Source: Patescibacteria group bacterium (GTDB lineage Bacteria; Patescibacteriota; Patescibacteriia; UBA11705; DATKZF01). From it: a stretch of DNA of 64,000 bases. A program made the position numbers and the translations under genes. Below are positions 52,919 to 62,893 of the stretch, in pieces (positions within the stretch are counted from its first letter, which is position 1; each line of letters begins with the position of its first letter). The stretch spans positions 166,340 to 230,339 of the forward strand of contig JBMORT010000006.1 of the NCBI GenBank assembly GCA_049319825.1. Direction: 5' to 3'. The notes beneath the pieces are model-generated. The model had not been told where the DNA came from, ran no database searches, and saw only the letters and a program-made list of their open reading frames with translations.

Positions 52919-55900
52919 ATGCCAGACAAAAAATTCATTGACGAAAAAATAAAGGCGGGAGTGGAGGAATACGAGGAAGAGAAAAAGGCTAAACAAGAAG
53001 AATTGGCCAAAGAGGCGGATGAAGCCATCAGTGCCATGTTTTCGGCAGAGGCTGCGACAAATGATTCTGTTATCGAGCAATTGAAAAAGATCCCAAACAG
53101 CAAAAAGGATCAGTATTTTGCCGCTTTACTGAGAGTCCATGAACACGCGTTATTTTTTTTGCAGGCGTTCAGCGGCTTGAGCGCGCGTTCGCAAAAATAT
53201 TTGGCGGAATTCATTGAGAAACAGGGCTATATCGATACTTCTCAGATCAATAATATTTTCAATGCTTTTAATGAAATAACCGATCGTCAACTCCGAAGAT
53301 GGATTTTTGAATATGTGCCTCCGCGACAGATATTGAAGTATAAATCAAAACTGCCGGATTTATCTGAGCAGAAATTGCTGTCTTTGGTCGAGGTCCGAAA
53401 TTTTTCCAGAAAAGATTTGGATTGGCCGGTAATTCTCGAATATATAGAATATTTTCCCTCGATCGACAGAAAAACGGTGATTGATAAAATTATCTCCAGG
53501 TATTCGATTGATCAATACATACGCCTATTATTTATAAAAAAGGACGCGCTTGGCATCACTGTCGAGGAATTGCTCGAATTACTATTTTCCAATAAAAATT
53601 TTTATTCAATTTGCGACAGCTTAGATTTGATTGATCCCAAATACCATCAGCAAATAGCCGATACCCTGTGTGAAACTGATAGCGGAGCCGCAGTGGCATT
53701 GAGAAGCGCGGCACTATTTAAAAATGTTGACGGAGAGAAAATTTTAAGAAAAGTGATTAATGATTATAATGAGGATCAATGGGGGTTGGGCAGAATAATT
53801 GATTCTTTTCAATCAGTCGCCAAGGCATGGGGCCGGCAAATTCCGAAAGAGATCGTCGAACAGATATTCGATAAAGATTATCTTGCTTTAGCCGGGAACA
53901 TCGATGAATTGGGCGATAACGCTGACAAAGAGAAACTTGAAGAAAAATTATGGAATAATCGAGAATTTAAAATACTCATAACAACTTGTCGATCTTATGG
54001 AATTGTACCGGACGCAAAATTCGCTGAAAGATTAATTAGCAACGATGGCGCCGTAGAAGTTTTGGACAATATCAAGCATTTCGATTTATTGCCGAGAGCC
54101 GTTTATTTGGAATTGGAAGGGATCTCTCCCAAAAGAACATACGCCTCATTGCATCATTTCGAAGGTTTAAATAAGGACGACGTGTTTCGAGCCATGACAG
54201 GATCGGTTAATGAGGATATTGTGCACAAGATAATAAAAGATTTCCAAAATTTCGAAGGATTGAATCTCGATTACGAATTCGCCGAGCGTTTGATCGGAAC
54301 GGGATACATCGGCGTCTTATACAAATATTTGAACCAATTTCAAGAATTAACCCCTCATGTTATAACTGAATTGGCTCTTTCAGACGCGCAGTTGGTAAAA
54401 TCCGGTGATTCTGATCTGGAGTTTTTTCTCCGTGAACTAAATCAGTTTCAATCTTTAGATGAAAAAGATTATCAATCGATAGCCAATAAAATTTTGCGCA
54501 GCCGCCATCCGCGTTTATTGGCGACTTTCGCGAACCGATTCATCGGAAAAATTCCGGATAAAGATTTTCAGCTCATCGTGGAAAAGTTGATTGGGAAAGG
54601 AGAGGCGGCATCCGTGTGCTGGAATTGGAATAGCATCGCCCGCGCGAAACTTGATTATTCGAAAATCGCCGGATTATTGATAGATGCCGGAGCTTTCGCG
54701 CATGTCGCCGAGCATAGAGAGTTTTATCCAGCGATACAAAAAGACCGCGGGCTCGCGGAAAAAATTTGGGATGGATTTTTAAATTGTAACGAATGGGAGT
54801 TATACCAAGTGTCACAAATGGAAGAAATTGACAGCTTATTTAAAACTCCAATCGACAAAAATTTTAGGCGAGCATTTGAAATCGTCGGATACTCCCTGAC
54901 AAAAGAGATTTATGAAACGATAAAAAAAATAAAAGACGGATCGCTCGAAAAAGATGAAATGGATAATCTGGGCGTCACGGAAATCGGTGATAAAGGCCTG
55001 CGGCAGCTCAATGAACGCTTGAATGCTTTTAAAACGGAAATTTTGAAAGACGAATTCGACCCGTCGATTATGGAGAAATCAACGCTGTTGCGGCAATATT
55101 TCAAGCAATACGTCAATTTTAAAAATAGTCAGTTTGGCGAGCACGGTGACGAGGAATTCGGAGCAATATTGGATGTTTATGTTTATTCCAGAAGGAGAAG
55201 GGATTTCAGGCCGCTTCCTGAATATTTTACACCGAGCGGAAAGGTGATGGTTCTCCAAGCGAACCGGAAGAACCAGGATGCCTTTGAATATTCAAAGCCG
55301 TTCAAGGATCGTTATCAATCAATGAAAGCGTCGCTAGCTGAGGCGATTCGCATGCTTGATAATAAAAATTCCGAGATTGAACTGCTGGCAATGATCGAAC
55401 GCATAAGGATGGAAGTGATAAGTAATTTCCGAGAAAAGTTATCCAAAGCCGCGGATAATCCCCGGGCGATGGGAAATTTACAAAAAAACATCAGCGATTT
55501 AGAGACGCTGAATCTAAATGGCATAAGCGAATTCCAAGAAAATTTTGCAGTTTTGTCGCCATATAAAGAATTTCATAACGCGCTCAGACAAATGGCTTTT
55601 TATTTGGCGCTTCTTAAATTCGAGAATTTTAAAAATCGGGCCCGATCGATCGCCACTCAAGACGAGCCGGATTTTGATGATATCGGTTGGATGATAAATT
55701 TTATCGAAAACATTGTCAACGAAGAAACCTGGGGAGAAATTCTCAATAATAACAAGGCGATCAAGGCATTTCGATCATTGACGAATATTAAAGCATTGGA
55801 GGAAGAATTTTCCAGAGCGCAAAATCAGAAGTCCGATAAAAAGACAGCGCTGGAATTCGTGCCGACGCGAGGGATTCTAATGGAATTTTCCGGACATATA

Positions 55901-56344
55901 TCAGATGCTTGCTGGGCTTCAACGTACAGGAGCATTGCCAGCGCCTTTCCTAATTTTATTGCTGTCATAATCAGGCAAAACATGGGAACAAAATTCGAGA
56001 GGCTGGCCGGCGCCAGCATGTTGATAGAAACGGAAGCGTCCGACAGAACGCCGCTGCTGGTGATCAGAGGATTAAATCCGATAGAGAATTCAATCAATTC
56101 ATTGCAAGTTCAGGATTTTTTTAAAAAATTTGTCGAATATGCGAAAGAGTTGGCTAAAAAAGGCGGCCGAAGATTGGGCATCGTCATCGATGATCACTCT
56201 GGCGGCTCCGCCACCAATAGGCCAGTTTTATTTGAATATTTGGAGGGATTAGCATCGGAATTAACTCCGATCCGTTTACGCACGAAAAGCGATACGACTT
56301 TCAACGGCTACGATATTGTGGACAATACTTTCCTGTTGGACTAG
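52919..56344 (+). CDS. large (1141 aa) predominantly alpha-helical hypothetical protein
   Basis: Long ORF with no recognised catalytic motif. An extended -10 (TGCTATAATG) lies upstream and nagZ follows within 7 nt. Confidence 0.65.
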   Translation: MPDKKFIDEKIKAGVEEYEEEKKAKQEELAKEADEAISAMFSAEAATNDSVIEQLKKIPNSKKDQYFAALLRVHEHALFFLQAFSGLSARSQKYLAEFIEKQGYIDTSQINNIFNAFNEITDRQLRRWIFEYVPPRQILKYKSKLPDLSEQKLLSLVEVRNFSRKDLDWPVILEYIEYFPSIDRKTVIDKIISRYSIDQYIRLLFIKKDALGITVEELLELLFSNKNFYSICDSLDLIDPKYHQQIADTLCETDSGAAVALRSAALFKNVDGEKILRKVINDYNEDQWGLGRIIDSFQSVAKAWGRQIPKEIVEQIFDKDYLALAGNIDELGDNADKEKLEEKLWNNREFKILITTCRSYGIVPDAKFAERLISNDGAVEVLDNIKHFDLLPRAVYLELEGISPKRTYASLHHFEGLNKDDVFRAMTGSVNEDIVHKIIKDFQNFEGLNLDYEFAERLIGTGYIGVLYKYLNQFQELTPHVITELALSDAQLVKSGDSDLEFFLRELNQFQSLDEKDYQSIANKILRSRHPRLLATFANRFIGKIPDKDFQLIVEKLIGKGEAASVCWNWNSIARAKLDYSKIAGLLIDAGAFAHVAEHREFYPAIQKDRGLAEKIWDGFLNCNEWELYQVSQMEEIDSLFKTPIDKNFRRAFEIVGYSLTKEIYETIKKIKDGSLEKDEMDNLGVTEIGDKGLRQLNERLNAFKTEILKDEFDPSIMEKSTLLRQYFKQYVNFKNSQFGEHGDEEFGAILDVYVYSRRRRDFRPLPEYFTPSGKVMVLQANRKNQDAFEYSKPFKDRYQSMKASLAEAIRMLDNKNSEIELLAMIERIRMEVISNFREKLSKAADNPRAMGNLQKNISDLETLNLNGISEFQENFAVLSPYKEFHNALRQMAFYLALLKFENFKNRARSIATQDEPDFDDIGWMINFIENIVNEETWGEILNNNKAIKAFRSLTNIKALEEEFSRAQNQKSDKKTALEFVPTRGILMEFSGHISDACWASTYRSIASAFPNFIAVIIRQNMGTKFERLAGASMLIETEASDRTPLLVIRGLNPIENSINSLQVQDFFKKFVEYAKELAKKGGRRLGIVIDDHSGGSATNRPVLFEYLEGLASELTPIRLRTKSDTTFNGYDIVDNTFLLD

Positions 56345-56350
56345 CTTTTT

Positions 56351-57445
56351 ATGAAAAAGCGATTTATCTTTTTGTTTATCATTGCCGCCGCTGCCGCAGC
56401 GCTTGTTTATTTTTATCAAAATAAAGTAGTACAGCAAGAAGCGCGGCCGGATAAAATCCCTCAAATAATCGACAGCATGACGCTTGAAGAAAAAGTCGGA
56501 CAAATGCTGGTGGTCGGTTTTTGGGGAGAGGACGCTTCCTATGCCGCTGACATGATCCAGACGTATAATGTCAGCGGAGTGATTTTAATGAAATATAATA
56601 TGGGCGATCGCCAGCAATTGATCAAACTGATCAATGACATGCAGAGCATTTCGAAATACCCGTTGTTTATTTCCGCTGATCAGGAAGGAGGCCTCGTTAC
56701 CAAAGTTCAAGTTGAAGGAGTAAAAGAATTCACTGCCCAGTCAGGAATTAAAAGCGCGGAGCAGGCTTATCAGGTCGCGTTTGACCGGGGCAAAGAACTA
56801 AAAGAGCTCGGCTTTAATATAAATTTTTCGCCAATGCTCGATTACATTACCGATAAAAATTCATTTTTATACAGCCGGGCTTTTCGGGGATCGCTTGATG
56901 ATTTCGGCGAGTTTGGAAAACAAATGGTTTCAGGCTACCAAGACGCGGGTATCAGCGCGACAGTCAAGCATTTTCCCGGCCATGCCAATGATTCAATTGA
57001 CTCTCATGAAAATTTACCGGCAATTAATTGGACAAAGGTTGAATTCGATGAAAACATTCCTCAATTTAAAAAAGCTCTTGAAGCTGATCCGGATTTGGTC
57101 ATGGTCGGCCATATCAAGTATCCCAATATCGATCCTGACAATCCGGCCAGTTTGTCGCCGATTATTATTCAGGATATTTTGCGCGGGCAATTAAATTATC
57201 AAGGCATAATAATCACTGATGATATGGAGATGGGGGCGCTCATGGAGAATTATTCAGTCAAAGACGCGGCAATCAAAGCGGTTCAGGCCGGCTGCGACCT
57301 GCTTTTGTATGTCAGCACCAAGGAAAATCAAGTCAAAGCCTATAAGGTCATCTTGGAAGCGGTCCGGCGAGGTGAGATTGAAGAGTGGAGGATCGATGAG
57401 AGCGTGAGGAGAATATTTGAGAGGAAATTTCTGATTTCGAATTGA
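56351..57445 (+). CDS. nagZ: beta-N-acetylhexosaminidase, glycoside hydrolase family 3
   Basis: GH3 N-domain motifs LFISADQEGGLV and KHFPGHANDSIDSHENLP. N-terminal TM/signal. 364 aa. Confidence 0.85.
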   Translation: MKKRFIFLFIIAAAAAALVYFYQNKVVQQEARPDKIPQIIDSMTLEEKVGQMLVVGFWGEDASYAADMIQTYNVSGVILMKYNMGDRQQLIKLINDMQSISKYPLFISADQEGGLVTKVQVEGVKEFTAQSGIKSAEQAYQVAFDRGKELKELGFNINFSPMLDYITDKNSFLYSRAFRGSLDDFGEFGKQMVSGYQDAGISATVKHFPGHANDSIDSHENLPAINWTKVEFDENIPQFKKALEADPDLVMVGHIKYPNIDPDNPASLSPIIIQDILRGQLNYQGIIITDDMEMGALMENYSVKDAAIKAVQAGCDLLLYVSTKENQVKAYKVILEAVRRGEIEEWRIDESVRRIFERKFLISN

Positions 57446-57594
57446 CCTAATTTCTAAATAATGTCCAATTCCCAATTTCCAGTTTCAATTTTTATTCGTA
57501 ATTATTTGTAATAAAACGATCATGGTCGTTATTCGTAATTTCCCAATTTCCAATTTTTCGTTTCCAATTTCCAAAATAAAAACCGGCCACAAGT

Positions 57595-58233
57595 TTATGG
57601 TCGGTGTTTTTTTGCGAGTTCGATCAGCTCGACTCGAGTGATGTCGAACATATCTTCGAATTGTTTATTTGATAAGAACATGTTCTTTTTCTGAGGTGTG
57701 ACCCTCTTTGATCGAAGGAAAATCAATCTGCCGCGAAGAAGTTTGGGTGAAAACATTAAATAAGAAGGATTTTCTCTGATATAGAAATTCATTTCTTCAA
57801 ATAAGCAAAGCAGGGCGATTGTGCGCTCAGCCGTGTAGCCGAGGATTGACGGCAGTTTGACAACCATTTTGATAACATCATCTTTGGCAAAGCCAAATTC
57901 AATCAAATTCTGAAGTAAAGAATTGCTGCGCTCAGCCGTGCAGCTGAGGATTGCCGGCATTTTAATAACCATTTTGATAACATCATCTTTGTCAAAGCCA
58001 AAGTCAATTAAATTCTGAAGCAAGCCATTGGTGCGCTCAGCCGTGAAGCCGAGGATTGCCGGCAGTTTGATAACCATTTTAATCAAGTCGTCTTTATCAA
58101 AGCCAAAGTCTTCCAGGGCTTTCAGATGTTTTACTATGGTTTCGGCCGGAATGATGTATTGTTTATCAATGTCAGCGATATCAATGCCGTATTCAGCTGA
58201 AATTGCAGCCTGTTCCGGGTAATCGGTTGCCAT
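57595..58233 (-). CDS. mTERF-like helical-repeat protein (bacterial)
   Basis: Three or more tandem ~32-aa repeats LQNLIDFGFDKDDVIKMVIKMPAILSCTAERSN / LQNLIEFGFAKDDVIKMVVKLPSILGYTAERT match the mTERF pattern (L..LGF....I.K.V...P.IL..S.E). The repeats are also near-identical at DNA level (~96-bp units at about 57840-58130). Confidence 0.5.
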   Translation of the reverse strand: MATDYPEQAAISAEYGIDIADIDKQYIIPAETIVKHLKALEDFGFDKDDLIKMVIKLPAILGFTAERTNGLLQNLIDFGFDKDDVIKMVIKMPAILSCTAERSNSLLQNLIEFGFAKDDVIKMVVKLPSILGYTAERTIALLCLFEEMNFYIRENPSYLMFSPKLLRGRLIFLRSKRVTPQKKNMFLSNKQFEDMFDITRVELIELAKKHRP

Positions 58234-58554
58234 CGGTTTTTCTCCGGTTTGTTTGTCAATGAACCTGAAAGATTAACATACGAAGCGGCGGCTGTCAAGG
58301 TTGGGAATCTGTTATGTGTTTCATGATCCATGTTCCATGATACGCGCTCCATGATTTTGACTAATTTTTAAGAATATGATATATTTTTGATACATGATTT
58401 CATGGCCTATTGATCCCTGCTCCATGATCCATGATTCATGACTAATTCATTAAATCACACATACTTTCCTTGGCTAATTTATGCCAAAAATTAACATTCC
58501 TCCCACCATGCGGGCAGTTGATTTGGGAAAGTAGCGGTTAAAAGGAACAAATTT

Positions 58555-59286
58555 ATGGAAATCCCAAGTCTTTTGGACATGCTGAAAGCCGGTGTTCATT
58601 TTGGACATCAGTCAGGCAAATGGCACCCGAAAATGAAGCCTTATATTTACGGCCAAAGAAACGGCGTGCACATCATTAATCTGGAAACAACTCAAACCAA
58701 GCTTGAAGAAGCTTTTAATTTCGTTAAGGAAACTGTGGCCAATGGTGGCACGGTTCTTTTTTTGGGCACAAAAACCCAGGCCAAGGAAATCGTGCGCGAG
58801 GCTGCACGATCTTGCGGCATGCCGTTTATCGTCGAACGCTGGCTGGGCGGCACATTCACCAATTCCGCGACAATTTTGAGGTTAATCAAGAAGTACCAGC
58901 GGATGAAAAATGAATTTGAAAGCGGTGATTGGCAAAAATACACGAAAAAAGAAAGATTGGTCAAAGAACGTGAATTAAAGAAGCTCGATGTTTTGATCGG
59001 CGGTTTAGCCGGCATGGATAAACTGCCTGACGCCATTTACATAGTGGACATCAGAGAAGAAAAAACCGCGGTACTCGAATCGAGAAAAGTCAAAATTCCA
59101 ATTGTGGCCATTTGCGATACCAATGTCAATCCCGAATTGACCGCTTATCCGATCCCGGCCAATGACGACGCGGTTAAATCAATAGAGCTGATCACCAATT
59201 TGATAGCGCAGGCGGTGAATGAGGGTAAGAAAGAAGTGAAGCCGGCGGAGAAGCCCAAAGCTAAACCTGAAATGGTTAAACAATAA
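58555..59286 (+). CDS. rpsB: 30S ribosomal protein S2
   Basis: GVHFGHQSGKWHPKMKPYIYGQRNGVHIINL plus conserved central and C-terminal S2 blocks. Confidence 0.95.
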   Translation: MEIPSLLDMLKAGVHFGHQSGKWHPKMKPYIYGQRNGVHIINLETTQTKLEEAFNFVKETVANGGTVLFLGTKTQAKEIVREAARSCGMPFIVERWLGGTFTNSATILRLIKKYQRMKNEFESGDWQKYTKKERLVKERELKKLDVLIGGLAGMDKLPDAIYIVDIREEKTAVLESRKVKIPIVAICDTNVNPELTAYPIPANDDAVKSIELITNLIAQAVNEGKKEVKPAEKPKAKPEMVKQ

Positions 59287-59412
59287 AAAAATAATTTGTG
59301 GTTACGACGTTATGACGTTAAAAACGTTACGACGTTAAAACGTTACGATGTTATAATTGAAAACGTGACGATGATGATTTCATAACCTCATAACCTGGTA
59401 ACTTATATTCAT

Positions 59413-60000
59413 ATGGTCGACTTACAACAAGTGGCGAAATTGCGGCAGCAAACCGGCTGCGGCATCAATGATTGCCGAAACGCGCTGGAAGAAGCCGGTG
59501 GCGATTCAGAAAAAGCCCAGGAAATTTTAAGAAAAAAAGGCGAGCTGAAAGCGGCGAAAAAATCGGCAGAAAGAGAAACCAAAGAAGGCATTGTCTACGC
59601 TTATATTCATCCCAATCAAAAAATCGGCGCGATGATCGAGCTGGACTGTGAAACCGATTTCGTGGCCAGAAACGAAGAATTTCGGGAATTGGCCAAAGAT
59701 TTGGCCATGCAGATCGCGGCCACCAATCCTTTATATCTGAAACCGGAAGACGTGCCGGAAGAAATGGTAAACAAAGAAAAAGAAATTTATCGCGAACAGC
59801 TTTTGGCCGAATCGAAGCCGGACAATATAATCGATAAGATAATGTCAGGCAAACTGGAGAAATGGTACGAAGAGATTTGTCTGATGAAACAGCCGTTCAT
59901 CAAGGACGAGGATATAACGATTGATAAGCTGATTCAATCGAAAATTGCCAAGATCGGCGAAAAGATCGAGATTGATCATTTTGTTAGGTTTGAAGTTTAA
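59413..60000 (+). CDS. tsf: elongation factor Ts (short form)
   Basis: UBA-like N-terminus AKLRQQTGCGINDCRNALEEAGGDSEKA and an EF-Ts core. 195 aa. Confidence 0.95.
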   Translation: MVDLQQVAKLRQQTGCGINDCRNALEEAGGDSEKAQEILRKKGELKAAKKSAERETKEGIVYAYIHPNQKIGAMIELDCETDFVARNEEFRELAKDLAMQIAATNPLYLKPEDVPEEMVNKEKEIYREQLLAESKPDNIIDKIMSGKLEKWYEEICLMKQPFIKDEDITIDKLIQSKIAKIGEKIEIDHFVRFEV

Positions 60001-60127
60001 AATGACGAGTGATTATACAAGATTACAAGATATCGAGTACAAGATTATACTGATTACAAGATGTACAAGATAATTTATGGTATCTTGTATATCTCGTACC
60101 GTGATCTTGTAATCTTGTAGATTCAAT
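60001..60127. repeat. TACAAGAT x5 direct followed by ATCTTGTA x3 inverted (tsf-PSP1 spacer)
   Basis: TATACAAGATTACAAGATATCGAGTACAAGATTATACTGATTACAAGATGTACAAGATAA ... GGTATCTTGTATATCTCGTACCGTGATCTTGTAATCTTGTAG. Confidence 0.75.
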
Positions 60128-60985
60128 ATGAAGAAAGTTGTCGGTATAAAATTCAACAGCTGGGACAAAACATATTATTTCGATCCGGGAGATCTTGAAC
60201 TGGCCAAGAACGATTACGTCGTGGTGGAGACGCAATTCGGTTTGGATTTGGGTAAATTAGTGGAATTCAAAAACATTGAAGACACCGAGCTTAAGGAATC
60301 GGCCGAGATCAAGCCTGTGTTGCGTAAGGCCAACAAGCAAGATTTGGATAAATTGATTGAAATCAAGCAAAAAACGGAGGAAGCGGAAGCATTATGCAAG
60401 AAATTGATAAAAAAGCATGATTTGCCCATTAAATTGGTTGATGTTCATGTTCATCTGGATTTCGGCCGCATGACCTTTGCCTTTATCGCCGACGGCCGGG
60501 TGGATTTTCGCGAATTACTCAAAGATTTGAATAAAAATTATAAAACCAATATCAGGCTCCAGCAGCTGGGAATTCGAGATGAGTCGAAAATGCTGGCGGA
60601 TATCGGCTGTTGCGGCCAGAAAGTCTGCTGTCGGACATTTTTAAAGGAATTGGGCAATGTCACTTCCGAATACGCTGAAATGCAGCAGGTTTCGCATCGT
60701 GGTTCAGAGCGGCTTTCCGGGCTTTGCGGCCGGCTGAAGTGTTGCCTGGCTTATGAGAAAGATCTGTATGAATCGCTGATGAAAAAATTTCCGGCCATCG
60801 GATCCAAAGTAAAAACGAAAATGGGCAAAGGCGAAGTGGTGGGGCAGCATATTCTGAAAGAGACAGTCGATGTCGTTTTAGCTGACTCGGAAAATCACTC
60901 TTCTGTGGAAATCAAACTCGAAGACATCGAACCGGCGCCCATGGAGCGCGCCAAGCATTTTATCGGCAAAGGAAATCGCCATTAA
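60128..60985 (+). CDS. PSP1 C-terminal domain protein (RicT/YaaT-like)
   Basis: PSP1 domain with the cysteine signature GCCGQKVCCRTFL...RLKCCLAYE. Confidence 0.8.
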   Translation: MKKVVGIKFNSWDKTYYFDPGDLELAKNDYVVVETQFGLDLGKLVEFKNIEDTELKESAEIKPVLRKANKQDLDKLIEIKQKTEEAEALCKKLIKKHDLPIKLVDVHVHLDFGRMTFAFIADGRVDFRELLKDLNKNYKTNIRLQQLGIRDESKMLADIGCCGQKVCCRTFLKELGNVTSEYAEMQQVSHRGSERLSGLCGRLKCCLAYEKDLYESLMKKFPAIGSKVKTKMGKGEVVGQHILKETVDVVLADSENHSSVEIKLEDIEPAPMERAKHFIGKGNRH

Positions 60986-61012
60986 AATAAAAAAAATTAT
61001 TTCGTTTGTTTT

Positions 61013-62044
61013 ATGAAAGAAAAATTAAAAAAATTAAAACAACAAATTAAGTCGGAAATCGACAAAGTGGTCGATTTGGATGAGCTTATTAAAATCGAAA
61101 AAAAATATCTTGGCCGAAAAGAAGGCGAGCTGAGCACCGTGCTCAAGCAATTAAAGGATTTTACCAACGAAGAAAGAAAGGATATCGGCCGTTTGGCCAA
61201 TCAGATAAAGGAAGATCTGTTGGTATTGGTGTCGTCCAGAAAAAAGAAGTTAACTGAAAAATCGGTCGCAAAAAGTCTGGAAAAAGAGTGGATCGACATT
61301 TCTTTGCCGACCGAAAAAAAAGAAATCGGCCATATTCATCCGATTTTTTTAGTGGCTTATGAATTGGAGGATTTATTTAAAAGTATGAATTTTATGGTGC
61401 TGGATGGCCCGGAACTCGAATCCGATTATTTTAATTTTCAGGCGGTGAACATTCCGGCGGAACACCCCGCTCGGGAAATGCAGGATACTTTTTATATAAA
61501 AAACGACAAATCAAAGCTGGTGCTGCGCACCCATACTTCGTCGGTGCAGGTGCGGGCAATGCTGAAATACGGCGCGCCGCTGCGGGCGATTATTCCCGGC
61601 AGAGTATTTCGCTACGAAGCGCTGGACGCCTCGCATGAAAACACTTTCGATCAGCTCGAGGGCATGGTGATCGATGAAAATATTTCCATCGCCAATCTGA
61701 TCGCCACCATGAAAAATTTACTCAAGGGAATTTTTAAAAAAGAAATCACCGTTCGTTTGCGTCCGGGATTTTTTCCGTTTGTCGAACCGGGATTCGAACT
61801 GGACATGAAATGCTCCATTTGCGATGGCGCCGGCTGCAGCGTGTGCAAGCATTCGGGCTGGGTGGAGGTTTTACCCTGCGGGCTGATTCATCCGAACGTT
61901 CTTAAAGCCGGCGGCTTGGACCCGGAAAAATGGTCCGGTTTCGCGTTCGGCTTGGGTCTGACCAGATTGGTGATGATGCGCTATGGCATCGAGGACATCA
62001 GACATTTTAACAGCGGCGATCTAAGATTTTTGAAACAATTTTAA
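61013..62044 (+). CDS. pheS: phenylalanine--tRNA ligase alpha subunit
   Basis: Class II aaRS motifs: FRYEALDASHENTFDQLEGMVID, GWVEVLPCGLIHPNVL, GFAFGLGLTRL. Confidence 0.95.
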   Translation: MKEKLKKLKQQIKSEIDKVVDLDELIKIEKKYLGRKEGELSTVLKQLKDFTNEERKDIGRLANQIKEDLLVLVSSRKKKLTEKSVAKSLEKEWIDISLPTEKKEIGHIHPIFLVAYELEDLFKSMNFMVLDGPELESDYFNFQAVNIPAEHPAREMQDTFYIKNDKSKLVLRTHTSSVQVRAMLKYGAPLRAIIPGRVFRYEALDASHENTFDQLEGMVIDENISIANLIATMKNLLKGIFKKEITVRLRPGFFPFVEPGFELDMKCSICDGAGCSVCKHSGWVEVLPCGLIHPNVLKAGGLDPEKWSGFAFGLGLTRLVMMRYGIEDIRHFNSGDLRFLKQF

Positions 62045-62049
62045 TTGAT

Positions 62050-62892
62050 ATGAATGAGGCCAGATTTGCTGCGCTTGGACCGAAGCCGTCGGCGTCGAGC
62101 TTGGCCAAAGCGCGGGAATTTTACCATTTTAAAGAGCGTGTTGAAAACAAAACTTGGGAGCAAATAATCGATGAAGTTTCCTCGTCCGCCGATGCGATTA
62201 TCAGTAAAAGAAAAAAAGAATTGCTCCAAAGCATGAATCCAACCGATTTTTTGGCGTCAATGCCCAAAAGCGGTTTTGGTCAATTGCGCGATTATTCGAC
62301 ATTTCGAGGCTGTATATTCGAATCACTTGTCAATCAGGAAATGAATGATGAGGAAGAAAATGGCCTGCTGGGAAATTTTATTTTACATTGTTTGAAAAAT
62401 CCAAGACTTCTAGGCATAGACGAAAAAATGCTTCAAAATCCCGATCATCTGGGGGTGGTGGTGGATGCCGAGAGAAATATCGCCTATATCAAAGGTATGT
62501 ATGAGGTGAAGATCGCCACCTTCGGCCCCAGGAGCCGCCGGCAGCTGAGCAGTTTTTATAAAAATTTGGCGGTCATCGCCGAAAAGATAAATGCGGAATT
62601 GCGGCGGCTGAAAGAGGAATTTAATTTTGATTTTATTCCCGATGGCGGTGTCGTGTTAAAATCCTTTGAGGAAATCGATAAGTTCGTGGTGGTTCCGTTG
62701 GCTGTTTTGGAAAAGAAAAAACACGCGTTGGAGAAAAAAAGGTTTTCGCTCAAAGAACAAGGCTGGGGGCTGCGCCAATCTGTCTTTACCAATAGAAATA
62801 TCGGTGAATTAACAGCTTTTTTAATGAATTATTACGAGCAGCACAAGGAAGAAATAGATAAAAAAAGAAAATCAAATAAATTAAGTACGTAA
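62050..62892 (+). CDS. hypothetical protein inserted between pheS and pheT
   Basis: 280-aa ORF tightly packed 6 nt after pheS and 2 nt before pheT. No recognised motif. Confidence 0.55.
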   Translation: MNEARFAALGPKPSASSLAKAREFYHFKERVENKTWEQIIDEVSSSADAIISKRKKELLQSMNPTDFLASMPKSGFGQLRDYSTFRGCIFESLVNQEMNDEEENGLLGNFILHCLKNPRLLGIDEKMLQNPDHLGVVVDAERNIAYIKGMYEVKIATFGPRSRRQLSSFYKNLAVIAEKINAELRRLKEEFNFDFIPDGGVVLKSFEEIDKFVVVPLAVLEKKKHALEKKRFSLKEQGWGLRQSVFTNRNIGELTAFLMNYYEQHKEEIDKKRKSNKLST

Positions 62893-62893
62893 T

